This document shows, one piece after another, positions 63,401 to 64,000 of a stretch of 64,000 nt of DNA. Source of the stretch: Klebsormidium nitens. Its lineage: Eukaryota > Plantae > Klebsormidiophyceae. The notes below the pieces were generated by a model. That model was given only the letters and a program-made list of their open reading frames with translations, did no database searches and was not told the DNA's origin. Made by a program: the position numbers and the translations under genes. Position 1 is the stretch's first letter, and each line of letters opens with the position of its first letter. The stretch spans positions 102,938 through 166,937 of the forward strand of contig DF236959.1 of assembly GCA_000708835.1 (NCBI GenBank), read 5' to 3'.

Positions 63401-63813
63401 CGGCCGTTGCGGAGATCACGGTCCAGCGACACTTCCGGGGTGAAATCGACCCGTCGGTTCTGGCGGCTCTTGCGGAGGTAAGCAGCAAGCGGCTGTTGTA
63501 CGGGCGGCAGGGCACCGGGTTAATGGAAACCGAGCTGGAAACCGTGCTGTGGTTGGCGAGCTGCAACCCCCGGTATGCGGTGTACCCGGGGGCTTCGTTA
63601 GCGGATCTAAGCAGGCCTTTTGTGTCTGTGTTTTACGGGGCAGCCTACGTGCACTGGCTGTCCAAGTTTGAGGGCAAGTCTCGGAGTGAGGAGTTTGTGG
63701 TCCGCGGATATTGCGGGGGCCCTAACGGGAGCAGCTCAGCGGAGACGCTCCCGTTCTGGCAGAGCTATCGGAAAGTGAAAGGAGAAAGCACCAAACAATC
63801 GTGGTGGAGATGA
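60417..63813 (+). CDS. Tandem double SLT/lysozyme-like transglycosylase-domain protein (plant AT1G16290-like family), about 544 aa
   Basis: Exons 60417-60650, 60925-61138, 61988-62147 and 62787-63813 total 1635 nt, phase-consistent. Domain 1 has FWDDWV..PYLT.AEM, AIAEIES, GLMQV, VYFG.AYLNWL and RSEEFIVRGYNGG. Domain 2 repeats these motifs (YWDDVV, PFLT, ALAEVSS, GLME, FYGAAYVHWL, RSEEFVVRGYCGG). The frame is open upstream to 60114, so an N-terminal extension is possible. Confidence 0.9.
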
Positions 63814-64000
63814 GCGTCGTTAGAAGGGCAGTCTGTTGTTCAGAGGAGTCATTGACTTAGTTGTACAGCGATGAGAAACTTCTTCTTTCGTCTTATGGGG
63901 AAAAGTGGCAAGTTGACTTGCTTTTCTGGTCTTGCATGTGTGTGCCTTTGGCCGGGATAAGTGCGCTAGGTAATTTAAGAGAAGGTCGCCCTTAATCTAG

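Noticed and set aside
63478-63483. Perfect donor consensus GAG|GTAAGC inside SLT domain 2
   Set aside because: The downstream sequence stays in frame and aligns collinearly with domain 1 (AEIES..GLMQ versus AEVSS..GLME), so it is coding. At most it is a cryptic site.
1-64000. rRNA, tRNA, prophage or autonomous transposase/RT genes
   Set aside because: No such motifs or ORFs were recognised anywhere in the window.

Overview
Eukaryotic nuclear DNA with many GT-AG introns. A flagellar central-pair gene together with plant-type AIR9, profilin and SLT genes points to a streptophyte alga, probably Klebsormidium-like (inference). From left to right: (1) PF20/SPAG16 WD40 gene (-), running off the left edge; (2) 3-exon profilin (-); (3) a 33-exon AIR9 gene (+, 9364-31595, about 1595 aa: basic N-terminus, LRRs, 11 A9 Ig-like domains); (4) a nested foldback repeat; (5) a divergent CYP51/CYP7-like cytochrome P450 (+); (6) four intronless F-box-like/LRR paralogs, three of them broken by a single -1 frameshift, with a decayed P450 copy between them; (7) an uncharacterised multi-exon gene (-); (8) a tandem double-SLT (lysozyme-like transglycosylase) gene with a Gly/Ala hydrophobic linker. 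The most unusual signal is a set of polarised tandem arrays of duplicated exon ends with their splice sites, flanking real exons at four positions in two genes. All gene models were built by hand from splice consensus, reading-frame continuity and remembered family motifs. No searches were run.
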